NCBI GenBank assembly: GCA_048013815.1
Contig: CM106586.1
Coordinates: 8,122,001 to 8,186,000, forward strand
Length of the DNA stretch: 64,000 nt
Reading direction: 5' to 3'
From: Setoptus koraiensis
Taxonomy: Eukaryota; Animalia; Arthropoda
Every line of letters begins with the position of its first letter. The stretch's first letter is position 1. Below the pieces are notes generated by a model that was not told the DNA's origin, ran no database searches, and worked only from the letters and a program-made list of their open reading frames with translations. The position numbers were made by a program, and so were the translations under genes. This document shows, piece by piece, positions 23,107 through 35,600 of the stretch.

Positions 23107-25104
23107 ACTCTATCGCCACAACAGCAACATCGCTTTTACGCGACGCCAAATCACTAAATTCAAATCACGACCAACAATCGCTAACTGGCAGCGCCACCTC
23201 GCCAAACATCAAATACATATTGCCCAATGGTCATTTGAGACAAAACGAGGACAAAGTGTCCACGTTTGTTCAAATCACCGATATACACATAGATCCATAC
23301 TACGAGCCCGGCTCCAACACCGACTGTCACGAGCCCCTGTGTTGTCGCATAAGCAGCGGTCTTGCCACAGAGGCGCGCAAAAGTGCCGGCGCCTGGGGCG
23401 ACTATGGCAATTGTGACACGCCCGTCACAACGCTGAGGCACGCTTTGGACAGGATAAGAAAGCAACATTCTGACGTGAGTTCGGGCCCAACAATTCTCCT
23501 GACTTTTGGCCTATTCGGCTGATCGTCCAAAGAGACGACCGAAGCAACTGGTTCGTTTTTAACACTTTTATTTTGTCTTGTTTATGCCGTATCATTGTGG
23601 CCCCTGTCTGTGCGTATCGAATCAGGCCGAATATTGGATTTGGACGGGCGACATATCGCCGCACGACATTTGGAACATAAGCAAAGCAGAGGTGGTCAAT
23701 CAGATCAGGCTGCTGAGTGGCATCATGAAAGAATACGCAAATGTTCCCGTGTTTCCCGTGGTGGGCAATCACGAGGCCATTCCCGTCAACAGGTGAGTTG
23801 TTATCTGGCTCAAATAAACATTTCTGTTCACTTATGACTGACTGACCAACTCACTCAATGCCTCTCTCGACAGCTTCTCTCCGCCGGAGATCAAGGGCAA
23901 ATTCTCCATGTCGTGGCTCTACAATGTCCTGGCCGAAGAATGGAGCTACTGGCTGCCCGAGGACGCGTTGGCCACTCTGAGAATGTAAGTACCAACATTT
24001 AATGTGATACGAGTAAAACGAGTCGACTATCCACACCGACCACGACGCAAACAATGGAAATAAAATCTATCGAGCTAGCCAATGTTTGCATAGTCAAGTG
24101 TTGGCAAACACACAAAACAAATAGCCGGCTAAACAATCCAAGTGTCGACCTCGACACCTTGGCGCAAGGCTCAGATTGTCGGCCCGGTCAGATGAAGTGT
24201 TTATTTTCAGGGACAAGTCACGACGCAACGAGTTGTTGCCCAAGACACTTGAACCAAGCCAATCTCTCTTGTGCTATATTTCTCACTGATCGATTGTTAT
24301 TGTCCTATTATTATAACGTTTATCATTAGTGGAGGCTATTACAGGGTGCAGGTTCGCAGAGGCTTCAGAATTATCTGTTTAAATACAAACTATTGTGCCC
24401 GCTTGAATCCATGGTCGCTGTACGACGCCGTCGATCCCGGCAACCAATTGAAATGGCTCACCAATGAATTATTAATGGCAGAGAATTCATTGGATAAAGT
24501 GCACATTATTGGCCATGTTCCACCCGATAATAGAGAATGTACACAAGCGTGGTTGTTTAATTTCATTAGAATCACCGACAGATTTAAGGACACCATACTG
24601 GGCCAATTTTATGGTCATACGCACAGGGATGAATTCAGAATAATCTACTCGTTACGTAACGAACAACCCATTGGTGTTGCCTACATAGGACCCTCTATAA
24701 CGCCCTTCACAGAAAACAATCCAGCTTACAGGGTGTATCACCAAAATCAAATTGGTCATCTCGTCGACACAGAGACGTATTTCTTTAATTTGACCGAGGC
24801 CAACATGAGTCAAAAGGGGCCCAATTGGCAGCTTGGCTACAAGGTTAGTCACAGTTTGAATATGACATCGCTGAGGCCAAAGGATTGGCATCACTATACG
24901 CAAAAGTTGCACGACGACGATCAATTGTTTGATCAATTCCACAAACACTTTTATCGGCATAGCGATGTTAAAAAGAACACAATTTGTCGAGCCAAATGTA
25001 AATATCAAATGTTGAGCGACTTGAGAGTGTCGCATCCGTACAAAACTAGACCTAAACCATTTTTAGCCAACAGGAAAACATCAAATCATCATCACCATGG
25101 TTGA
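20573..25104 (+). CDS. SMPD1: Acid sphingomyelinase (saposin B + metallophosphoesterase); exons 20573-21901, 22266-22451, 22593-23474, 23626-23792, 23874-23984, 24330-25104 (up to 1149 aa)
   Basis: Saposin B: SCMACNAVAG...VCTSF...VCHGIV...EICAVVFGMEC. Catalytic motifs: TDIHIDP, CHEPLCCR, WGDYGNCD, WTGDISPHD, VGNHE, GHVPP, FYGHTHRD, NPAYRVY. All five introns are GT-AG with consistent phases. Start codon uncertain. Confidence 0.92.
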
Positions 25105-25813
25105 ATAATGAACACAATGTTTCATGACACATTACACAATAGTAGTAGTCACAACAACTGTCATTCAGCTCATAATAAGTAACCAGCAACCATGAACAAC
25201 TAGCAACAAAGCATTCTGTGATTGATTAATTGTAGACCATGTAAAATCAATATTGATTGATAACAGACACCATAATAATGTACAAACAATTATTTGCAAC
25301 AACTGTAACGACTGTGTGTCTAGATAAATGTAGATTAGTAATCACACAATCAAAACATTGCACCATCGCCCGTCGGATTGGAGCCATTTCAGCCAATGCC
25401 TAAAAATGCATCAAAAAGCTCGAGGTGTCTCGATAAATGTTGCTTTTTTGTTCTTGTTTCCATTGTTTTTTTAGTGGCTTAATTAATTGTACCTTTGACA
25501 AGATATCGATGAATCTCAGGTAGTCTGGCGAAAAGCATAGAGAAGAAGCCGGACCAGGTTTGAAAAAGTTTTGAGTCGAGTTTTCTTTGAAGTTTGCTTG
25601 ACCATTTTTGGGTAAGCTATTCGCCGAGCAGAGATCATTTGTCCATTTAGGAAAATGTGGTTCATCAGAACGCCTCACAGCGGACAATTCCTGAAGTTTC
25701 GTTCGTAGCTTGAACACGCTGAAGCACAAAACACATGTCAGTTGCTGTTAAAATGTTTCGGGTTTCATAACAATACAAATCAAACCTTGGCTGATAATGA
25801 TCATTTGATAATC

Positions 25814-26041
25814 ATGTTCCTACTAAATAATAAATTGATTCAACTAACCAAAATAGTAGCCTCACCTGTTACCGTCACCCAAGTGAGGTTCAAGCCACAC
25901 CAGCAATACATCAGTTGTATGTTTCCAACGGAGGTTAAGCGAGTCAGGAAGCAGGGATACCTAAACAAAGTGAAGACTGTCAACGGACGACGACTGCTCA
26001 TGCAGAGGATCCTTGACGGCAAAAAAATTATTGCTCACTAA
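25814..26041 (+). CDS. MRPL34: Mitochondrial ribosomal protein L34, copy 2 (CDS identical to copy 1)
   Basis: Nucleotide-identical to 1322-1549. Confidence 0.85.
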   Translation: MFLLNNKLIQLTKIVASPVTVTQVRFKPHQQYISCMFPTEVKRVRKQGYLNKVKTVNGRRLLMQRILDGKKIIAH

Positions 26042-26114
26042 ATCACAGTATTCTATTATATTTAGTCTGGCGCCACTAGTTTTAGTCATCTACTGACATT
26101 AGGAAATAGCAACG

Positions 26115-27043
26115 ATGGACAAAGTCAAGAAGGTATTCATTGTTCTGTCTGGCAAGGGAGGCGTTGGAAAGAGCACAGTTGCCTGTCAATTGGCTATCGC
26201 ATTGTCAGCACAAAACAAAAAGGTCGGATTGTTGGATGTAGATATTTGCGGACCAAGCTTGGCAAAGATGCTCTCAGTGGAGGACGGACAGGTTATTCAA
26301 ACTCAAGATGGGCAAGTATTATACATTTGATCTAGCATAACAAGTCTAAGCACCCGCAATACTTCACTTCTTCCAAGACATTCCAAGAATCACTGTTTAT
26401 TTATCTAAACAATCACTTTTACTTTCACATTTACTTTTTTCTCTCGTCGACGTACACAAAAAGTTGGCAGCCAGTGAAAGTTCGAGACGATCGAGAACTC
26501 TATGTCATGTCCATTGCTTTCCTAAGTGCCAATAAGAATAGCGCTGTTATTTGGAGAGGCCCCAAAAAACATGCCATGATAAGACAGTTTCTCAATGATG
26601 TCAACTGGGGCGCGTTAGATTACCTCATCATAGATACACCTCCTGGTACTTCGGATGAACATATAAGCCTAGTTGAATGCATCAGACAATTCAAGGAACC
26701 TGACGGAGCAATCCTAGTCACAACGCCCCAATTAGTGGCTTGTAATGATGTTAGAAGAGAGATCACATTCTGTACTAAAGGCAAGATACCCATCATAGGA
26801 TTGATAGAGAACATGAGTGGCTACACATGTCCCAATTGCTCTGAGTGTACTAATATATTCTCCAGTGGCGGAGGCAAGGCTCTTTGTGATCTGTCAAACA
26901 TCAAATTTTTGGGATCAATACCCATAGATACAAATTTGTGCCTTTGTTCCGAACAAGGTAAAAGCTACTTGGATGAGTTCGAACGGTCTGCAGTTTCTAC
27001 AAAATTTGCAGACATTGTCAAAATGATCGTTGACGCAGAATAA
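26115..27043 (+). CDS. NUBP2: NUBP2/CFD1, copy 2; exons 26115-26311 and 26464-27043 (258 aa), probable GC-AG intron
   Basis: Same motifs as copy 1. The protein differs only at the C-terminus (IVDAE vs IGSSE). Confidence 0.95.
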
Positions 27044-27798
27044 AAACATTGTTGGCCCATGCAAAATATATCTCAAAGTATATCATTTGTTCTATCTTTA
27101 TTATGAAGTCACAGGATATTTCTTTGAAAGAGAAACTTTGCCCATAAATAATAATGATCATAAATAACTTCTTATCAGCAAAATGTAAACTTCATCACAA
27201 ATCGGTGAGTTCGATATGACATTTCTTAGATCGGCTATTCAGTCTGATTAGTTCTTATGTAATAATGTGAACAAATAGGAGAAGGTCAACTGCAAAAATG
27301 AGCCAGACGAGAGTTGTTCGCAGTCCTGATAAATATATCTAGCGACAGTCCAAAATTGATTGCTTCCGGTTTCAGAGGCCTCGTATAGAAGAACTCTGTC
27401 GGAACGATTGATTAGTGGATTTGCGACAGATTTCTTGATTAGATTTGTGGACCCAATACCGTCTCTGGGTGCTGACATCAGGAAATTATCAGCTGCGGCT
27501 TGGCATTTTAAGCAATGGCAGATTAGCGGATAGCAAAGGATCAAAGATTGGACTGATATGAGTTGTCATTTCAATTCTCGAACTTTGAGATAGCTCAACA
27601 TCATGTCCTTGAATTTAGTGATCGCCAACAAGAATGGTTATCTCAGTTCATTCTCCCTTTTCGAATTCGTAATCTTCATGGATGCAAGAAGGGTGTGTCG
27701 ACTGGTGTCAAAACCGGCATCGTAATCATAAGAATAATGTCTATAATTCTGAGTCAGAATGCTCATTCGTTTGTTTATCTCTTCATTGGTGCGACATT

Positions 27799-28657
27799 TT
27801 ATATCGGAAGGGTCGAAGATACCGAACGTGTCAACATGGAGGCCACAAATTTCATGCTGCTATGTCCATGGGGCAGGTAACTCATGAAGTACCATATAAG
27901 TGAAATAATTTGTATAACAACAAACACTATCGTCAGTATAGTTGATTGTAAATGCATGGATACAAATAGTGTGCCCGCTAATGAGCCGACATAGGCCAGC
28001 GTAAATGGGAGACGATCTCTGGAGAACAAGTGTCGTAAATGGCTCATTGGTCCAAATAGGAAAGCGAAACTGTCATTTGCACATTGTTTGGAAAAATGTA
28101 AGATTTTCAGCATTAGTGTATAGAGATAACTGATTGACTGAGATTATGGTGGCCTATCGTGAGGATAGTTACCTTGTCATAACAAGTAGACTTCCCATAG
28201 TGAAGAATATACAAAATTTTCGTGCCTTAAATAGTAGTAAAGGTATGTACATTGTTGATATGAGGAAACATGATAGTCCTGAGCCAAGCAATGTGACAAA
28301 ACATATCAATTTCTGAGTGGTAGATAGGGTTATATTTGGTGAATACCAAGGTCGTTGAATGGGCTGTTCGCGTTGACCCATAAAAGGCAAAAATGATGCC
28401 CAACTTGAGGAACGAGATAGATTATCGCCGACATTTTCGTTAATGGTATTGCTAGATGATGAGGCCATCACTTGATCATTAGAATTTGTTGATAGTGGCT
28501 GATAGAACCATGATGAAGCCCTGCCACTGTCATTATTGCTTAATATTGTGGTGGGCAGCGAGGCAATATTGCTTCTTTGTCCAAATGCACCAACTCCATT
28601 AGTTGATGACCACATCTTCTTAGATGGTACCCACGATGATGAGGAGCCGTTGGCCAT
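27799..28657 (-). CDS. Vesicle transport protein SFT2 (Got1/Sft2 family, SFT2D3-like); exons 28657-28173 and 28069-27799 (251 aa)
   Basis: LSTTQKLICFVTLLGSG...PLLLFKARKFCIFFTMGSL, then S|FAFLFGPMSHLRHLFSRDRLPFTLAYVGSL...LIWYFMSYLPHG. Phase-2 gtaact...gacag intron. Confidence 0.9.
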
Positions 28658-30026
28658 CAATACAATGTGATGTGTGAGGCCTTGCTTTGAACAATACTAA
28701 TACTACTATAACTAAATTATAAATACTATGCAATATTGCTGCTGTGTATTCAATAATATAACTAAATAAATGTTGTTATTATTATTATTTATCCTTAAGT
28801 CTATTGTCTACAATTGTGATATTTTGGTTTGTGTAAGATGTAGCTGTGATATAACATTACTATCAATGTAAGACATATGGTTACAAGAGTGACATGATTT
28901 GTTTACTTGATGGTTGATTATTACTGTATATTGCTAGATAAACAATACAAACGACAGATTTCCTGTCAGCCAAATGATCATATGGTGCAAGGAAAACAAC
29001 AAAAATAAATGTAGCAAATGGCAGCGGCATTGTCAGTTTGTGTTGCTCATCGTTGCTTGTTGTGCATTATGAGGCATTTACTGGCTTGTCTACCTGACGC
29101 GGCGGCCAATGCTGTTAGCCGGTTCACCTCATGCACCTTGTAAGCACACCTTACACCAACATATGTTTACCATTGAGGAATCTGTCTATCGTCTGGTGTC
29201 CCGTTAGTTTGATGTTGGCACACTCAAGGAGATATCAGAAGTTAGACTGTTAGTTGGGCTGTGGAGAAAATCGAGAAATTTACCCAGTTGCCACAGTTAA
29301 TCCGAAGACAGTTGCGAACAACGTCTAAGGGCCATTTAATCGTGTCTCGCCAAATCTCGAATCTATCTACCTTGTGATATGTGCGAACGAATACGTGACT
29401 TGGATCGCATATTCGTTTGTTGATCCAATTGTAAGAGCGTTCAAACTATTCAAAAGTCATCACTAATTTGCCTATAACGTCGGTCTATATAAAACGCGTA
29501 TTGTGGCCCATTTTTGTGCTACCTCGTTCGCAGACTCGATCCAGTAAAGTGTTTATTGTATAGGCATCGGTTCGAATAGGAAATCTACCATTACGCCAAA
29601 ATCAGCGAGCTTGAATTTTTCGCAACACAGCAAGCAGAACACACTTGACTTCTCTATTGTTCGGTAGGCCACTCTTTTGTGCTGCTTGTGAGTTGAGTGA
29701 ATCTCTATTTTTTATTTTTTTATTTTTGTCTTTTACATATTTAGATCACAAGGGTCGACCCTGCCATGTTTAAATATAGGCGATTATCTCTTATGACCCG
29801 CACTTATCAGCACCAAACAAGTTTCGGTGGAACGTTACAATGTCAGTTGATGCAAGATCATGCCCTTCTGTCCGTCACAAACTTTTGAAACAGTCCCCAA
29901 ATCATACTACATCCTGTTGGCAGCAATTCAAGTAGGCATTCAAAGTCCAGACAAATCGTATAGAATAATAACAAGCAAGTGTTATTAGTGCAAATATCCT
30001 TTTCATCTAATTGCAACGCGTTCACA

Positions 30027-31493
30027 ATGAACAGGACATATATTCTTCTTTCCTTGGTGTGTCTCGCACCGAGCCTTCTAAGCGGCACCATTTTGGAGGT
30101 GGCCCCTCTAACTACAATCAGAGGCACAGGCTCAATGATGTCCGATCCAAATAAATTGGCTAGTTCAACAGCATCGTCATTTAAACCGAGTCAACGTGAC
30201 AGTGGTGTCACTAGCCGTCTCAAATTATCATTTGTACCGGCAGCCAAAGTTCTTGGTAGACTAACTATGGCTGCCGGTACAAATGATAATTCCAAGCTAG
30301 TTAGAACAGGTGCGACAAACAAAATATTCGAAACTGCAGATAAAGCAGGAAGCACGTACAAGGAAGAGGCACCATTCACGGATGGAGACCTTGTTTGTAG
30401 AAAGAATCCTGTAAGGGTAGCATTCGAAAAATTTATGGACAACTTGAGCGCTAGCTACACAGAACAGACTGATATATTTAATGGCTGCGACAATGGCAGT
30501 AGTACAATGCCGAACGTGCTCAAAGATTTCCTCAATTTCACTGGTCATGTGATAAAGCCAGATTGGCATGATGTACTATCGGGCCCCACGAAGCCCTATA
30601 TAAGTCTAATGCAGCGCCTCTCTGCATGGTCCAAGGACTATGATGCCTTGAAACGGGAACTGGAAGAGGAACAAAAAAATAATCGGGACCAATCGACAGT
30701 TGATCCTGCATACATTGTGATGCAAATGGCCTCTAAGGAGGTACTGAAAATCAACTATGCCAGAATTGATAAAATGTTTGCTGATACTGGACGCGAAAAA
30801 CTCATCGAGGATGCGAAAAAAGAACAGATTCCAAGCGATACTTCGTTAAGATTGATCGATTCATCAGGGCAAATCAACACAGACTATTTGAATAGATTGC
30901 TGTTGCATGAGGAAGGTATGGATTATCTGTTAGATTTGGGAAGTAAAGTGATAAAGACACTGGAGGACGATCTGGTTGCGAACAAGAAGTTGCATGAGGA
31001 TTATTTGAAAGAGAAAGGTATAAACAATGGAGCCGAAGAAGTTGAGCATGGCGATGAGTTGGTCCGCAACCAATTCAAAGATGACAATTGCCTTGAGAAC
31101 ATGAATATCGAAGAGAAGCTAATTGCAGACAAATTGAATTCCATAGAAACTATTAGAGTGAATGACAGTTCATCAGGCAGCGAACAGCGTTCGGGTTGTG
31201 TTGCGGAGGCTCAATTTGCTGAGGGCATGAACAGACTAGCGAGAGTTGCAAAGGGTGAAATAATACGAGCGATAAAGGATGAAGTGATCATTTTAGCTCA
31301 GTTCTATTTTATAAGTGCCTTAGGTTTCAATTTTAAACCCAATGTACTTGAGGCTTACATGTGCACTATCAAGGGTAGATTGTTGGGCAAAGGCTTCTTT
31401 TTCCTGATAGATAATGTGCCAGGATTGCGGCGGATGAGAGATCGCGCGATTAGTTCGTTCATGGGCGCATGCGGCCTTTCACGTGCAGAGTAA
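30027..31493 (+). CDS. Orphan secreted protein, intronless, 488 aa
   Basis: Long ORF with natural composition. ATG 30027 is followed by a signal-peptide-like MNRTYILLSLVCLAPSLLSG. No family recognised. Confidence 0.75.
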   Translation: MNRTYILLSLVCLAPSLLSGTILEVAPLTTIRGTGSMMSDPNKLASSTASSFKPSQRDSGVTSRLKLSFVPAAKVLGRLTMAAGTNDNSKLVRTGATNKIFETADKAGSTYKEEAPFTDGDLVCRKNPVRVAFEKFMDNLSASYTEQTDIFNGCDNGSSTMPNVLKDFLNFTGHVIKPDWHDVLSGPTKPYISLMQRLSAWSKDYDALKRELEEEQKNNRDQSTVDPAYIVMQMASKEVLKINYARIDKMFADTGREKLIEDAKKEQIPSDTSLRLIDSSGQINTDYLNRLLLHEEGMDYLLDLGSKVIKTLEDDLVANKKLHEDYLKEKGINNGAEEVEHGDELVRNQFKDDNCLENMNIEEKLIADKLNSIETIRVNDSSSGSEQRSGCVAEAQFAEGMNRLARVAKGEIIRAIKDEVIILAQFYFISALGFNFKPNVLEAYMCTIKGRLLGKGFFFLIDNVPGLRRMRDRAISSFMGACGLSRAE

Positions 31494-32072
31494 TGGACAC
31501 AGGTCGTAATGGAGCGGGATCGCTTTAGCATTGGAAACTTTTGATACTATGCTATTCGTTATTGAGTCTACAATGACAATTGTTGTTTTTAAATTGACGC
31601 CGGGCAATATAAAAATAAAGAATAAAGATAAAATTGTCGAGTCCAATGTGTCACTTGTCAGCTAGCAACAGTATACTGGTTGCCCATGGAAAAAAGCTCC
31701 GCGGCGCGAGTCGCGTAATGACGATCGCTTGGTGTCGCTTGCAATTGAGTCGGCTGCGAAATAGTTTTCTTCCGGTTGTTATTTTGCAGCAGTGCGAGAT
31801 GGGCGCGAAAAGATGCAGCTCACAAGCGAAATGCAAACTTGCTGTCTCGAGCAATTGAGATAAATCACCAGTGATTACAATTACAGTTTTTTAGCTGACA
31901 CAGTGCACACATATAGCAATATAGATATTATGTAATAGTTGCGTCGCAGTCATCTGTTGCACTTAAGCGTCGGGTACGTGCAATGGCAAGAGTTATTTTG
32001 TTCGATGATGATATAATTTGTTAGTGAGATACCCCGAAGGGTATATAATTTGTATGGTGTGTTGTTGACGAG

Positions 32073-32252
32073 CACACACTCACACACACACACACACACA
32101 CGCACACACACACGCACTCGTGCGCAATGAGCGACTCTGTTGCACACGGTAACACACACACACACACACGCACACACAAGCTGCGAACATTGTGAGCTGT
32201 TCAGCCACAAACACACACAAAGAGCCGTCTGAGAGTCTGCGAGCATAGGCGA

Positions 32253-32292
<40 letters not shown>
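32073..32292. repeat. (CA)n tracts (32073-32178) facing a (GT)n tract (32255-32292)
   Basis: Directly visible, upstream of PSME4. Confidence 0.9.
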
Positions 32293-32294
<2 letters not shown>

Positions 32295-32630
32295 CGTGTG
32301 GAACGGCACACATGACGAACGGCGTTCCGTCGTATACAGATTATCTAAATGTACGAAAATACACTTATTCTAGGTGCACAAAGAGATTTTGCCTCTGTCC
32401 ATTATCATCTCACTATCTCTATTATCCGTTTCGCAAACATACGGATATTCACGCGGATTTGTGTGTTCATTTGTATCAATGTTGCGACCTCAAACAAACA
32501 CATTGCTCATCATCACAAATCATATTATCAATTATCCAAATACAATTCGCTTATTACTATCATAATGAATGCCTTTGTGGGGCAACTCGAGCTGGCGTTA
32601 GCGGTCGATCCCAACTTCATCATGAACATC

Positions 32631-35600
32631 ATGAGCGGAAACGATATTGATTTTGAGGACGACGACGACACCACCAACAACAACAAGCCAACATCGTCCA
32701 GTAATTTACAAAGCGAGAATCCCTACAACAAGCTATTACCCTATGATATAAGCGCCGAGAGTTATCAACATCTCAATAGGATCAAGGCCAACATAGCCAA
32801 AGCCATTCAATGTGATCAATATACAATTTTTAGTTGGTTAGCCGAATTTGAACGTTATCTAGATTTGTATGGTTTGGCATTCAGCATGGAAGATCATTTA
32901 CATTTCATAAATTTATTTTATGAATTACTAGTTACCACAAACGATCTACAACTTATTGTTTACGTGTCAAAGTGTCTCACGTGGCTTCTCAGAAAACGCT
33001 ATCTAATAGACAGAGAACATTTAACGCTCCCTTGGCGACCTCTATACGATTTGTATGAGAGAAACATCTACAACAATCTAGAACCATTGGGACTAAAATA
33101 TTCACCAGAGAATCTCGAGGCCAGCCTCAGGGGAGTCATATGCCTGTCAAATCCATATTTTGCCTTAGAGGCAACACAAGAAATGTTAGACGAATGGCGT
33201 CCCATGTTGTGCCTATACGATTCAGCGTCACAAAAGGCCATTATTTACATGACATTGTTCTTGCCAACAACATTACCACCGCCATATCATCATAGAGGCT
33301 TCAAATTGTGGTTCGATCAAGTCATGCAAATATGGCTCAATTGTAGGCCATCGTTTAGAATGGACACCAGTTTCACTTCTCTATTGCATAGATTAAGCTA
33401 TGACTGTTTAGGTTACATAGATTGGGAACCATATATTGCCAGAATATTCACACACTTCAAATCATGTCTCAATTTAAATGGCATGTCATCATCTAGGCGT
33501 GGAGCTGATCGCTCAGACATACATCCAGGCATCTATTGGATTGTATGCATGTTGGGTGGGGGCAGTAGCTGTCAGAGGCACGTCTCAATGTTGTTCAAGG
33601 CTATTGAAAGCTTCTATCATCCGTCTAATACAGATAGACGATGGCAGGGTAGACTTCAACAATTCCTATATAAACTACCAGCTTGTTTTATTAGTCGGGT
33701 ATATCGTGAACGATATAAAAAACAAACATGGACAGGCACTGTTCCAAATTCGCACAAACTCACCGATAATGATATCACTGAATTTGTCCAAAGTATGGTA
33801 CCTATCGTACTTATATCAATGTTTAACCATTCTGGTCTTAGTTGTGCTGCCTCAGCCTTCAAAGATTTGGCCCTACTACGACCAGAATTAGTTATACCAC
33901 CCCTATTGGAACGACTCTATGGCTCATATGAGACTCTCACTGAACCACACAGGTTTGTGTCATCTATCAATTGTATGGCGGCTGTGGTGCCAGCACTGGT
34001 CAAACCATGCAAATATTATCCTGATGGACCATCTCATGTTGTACCATTGTTGCTCAACTCTTTGCCTGGAATTGATGCCAATGATATGAGAAAGACGCTG
34101 GCCGTCTTAAGATTCATTTCTACCTTGGCCTCATACATCGAATTAAAAGATTATACACATCTCGTGGACACTAATGAAAACTTAACAATCGAACAACAAG
34201 AGCTATGTTTGGCTACAAGTCAATTTGAGGATTTTGTTACGCAATTTCTAGACAAGTGCTTCGTGTTAATAGAAAACAGTGCATCGGCGACATTCTCTCA
34301 TTTGGACCAAGAAAATATACTTAAAAACAGAGAGGAAGGAATTATTGAAGCTGCTATTTGTTCTGTGACCCTAAGTATATTATCGCAAGCATCTCAAAAA
34401 ATACAGGATGCCGCACTGGACAAATTGTACTCTCATGTTTCAAGAAATCTTTTTAATACTAAGACTCAAGGCAAAGCTATAGCCAGCCTATGTCTAGCAT
34501 TCGCCAAGTCCAACCCCGTGCCTACTTTGGCAAAATTCGTACCACATTTTGGTCGGTTGATACTTACTCTCACTGATCATGACGATGTATTCACAGACGA
34601 TCCGCTCGATGACGAGTTATTGTTTAGTCTGCTTCTAATGTCAGAGATTGTCAGATGCTATAGTGATCATCTAATCGAGTATAAAGACCTACTTATTCAA
34701 GTTTTAAAAAGAGCACTGTCATTGACTGCCAAAGAAGGATATAAACAAGGTTGTGCGATTCTCAGGCATCTTTTAAGGGCTCTAACCAACATAGCTTGCC
34801 ATGATTGGAAGAATGTTGATCCCAAAGTTATTTCTGAGCAAAAATCTAGCAATCCATCATCTGATGACAAAGAGTGGCCTTTCAAAAACTGGGGCGCCAC
34901 TACACACCTGGACGATCTTACATTAGATTGGAATATACCTGGTCCACAAGCTCGTGAATTTGCAGTAGAGTTACTTGATACATTCATGGTGAGTGCAATC
35001 AACGATTTACTATCATGGGCAAACGGATCTAAAGAATTGAGGCAAAGAGAACAACATCTGCATATTGTCCTGAGCTGTTTGGTTGGTTCCGCTTCCGTCC
35101 TCCCTCCTATGGATTCCGAAAAAGTCAAGCTATGTATCTATGAAGTTCCGGCCGAACCGTTCGTTGTTAAGAACACCGGCACGGAGCCAATGCATCTATC
35201 TGACGGCACCAACGTAAGAAATTATTTGGTCGAGGCCATGAAAAAAGTTCTTCAACATGTGCTAGATGTAGCAGAGAATGACTTTCGAAGTTTGTATTTG
35301 ATTTGCGAAATTTTCAACAACGCCATGTCGTACTTTGGTTTCAGCGAATCAGAGTATCGACTTTCGTCACAGCGACTATTATCAATGAAGAAAGGATTGG
35401 ACAACAAACTTCTAGGCTCCAAGCGACACCTTAGATACATGCTTGTAGAAAGAGTCGTTCAGCAACATAGAGCAATGATTTTTAGCAGAGGATCACAACA
35501 CCTTACGCAATTACATCTTGACATCCTAGATATCATGTTCAAGCTTGCGACAGGGCATTACGTGGAAGTCAGGTCACTAGCGCAAGACACTATATTCTGT

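Larger units (their letters stand above)
25671..27043 (+). repeat. Direct segmental duplication, copy 2 (partner 1180..2551)
   Basis: See copy 1; sequence beyond the boundaries is unrelated. Confidence 0.97.

Noticed and set aside
28676-28689. gaggccttgctttg resembling the U5 snRNA 3' stem
   Set aside because: No Sm site and no U5 loop I upstream.
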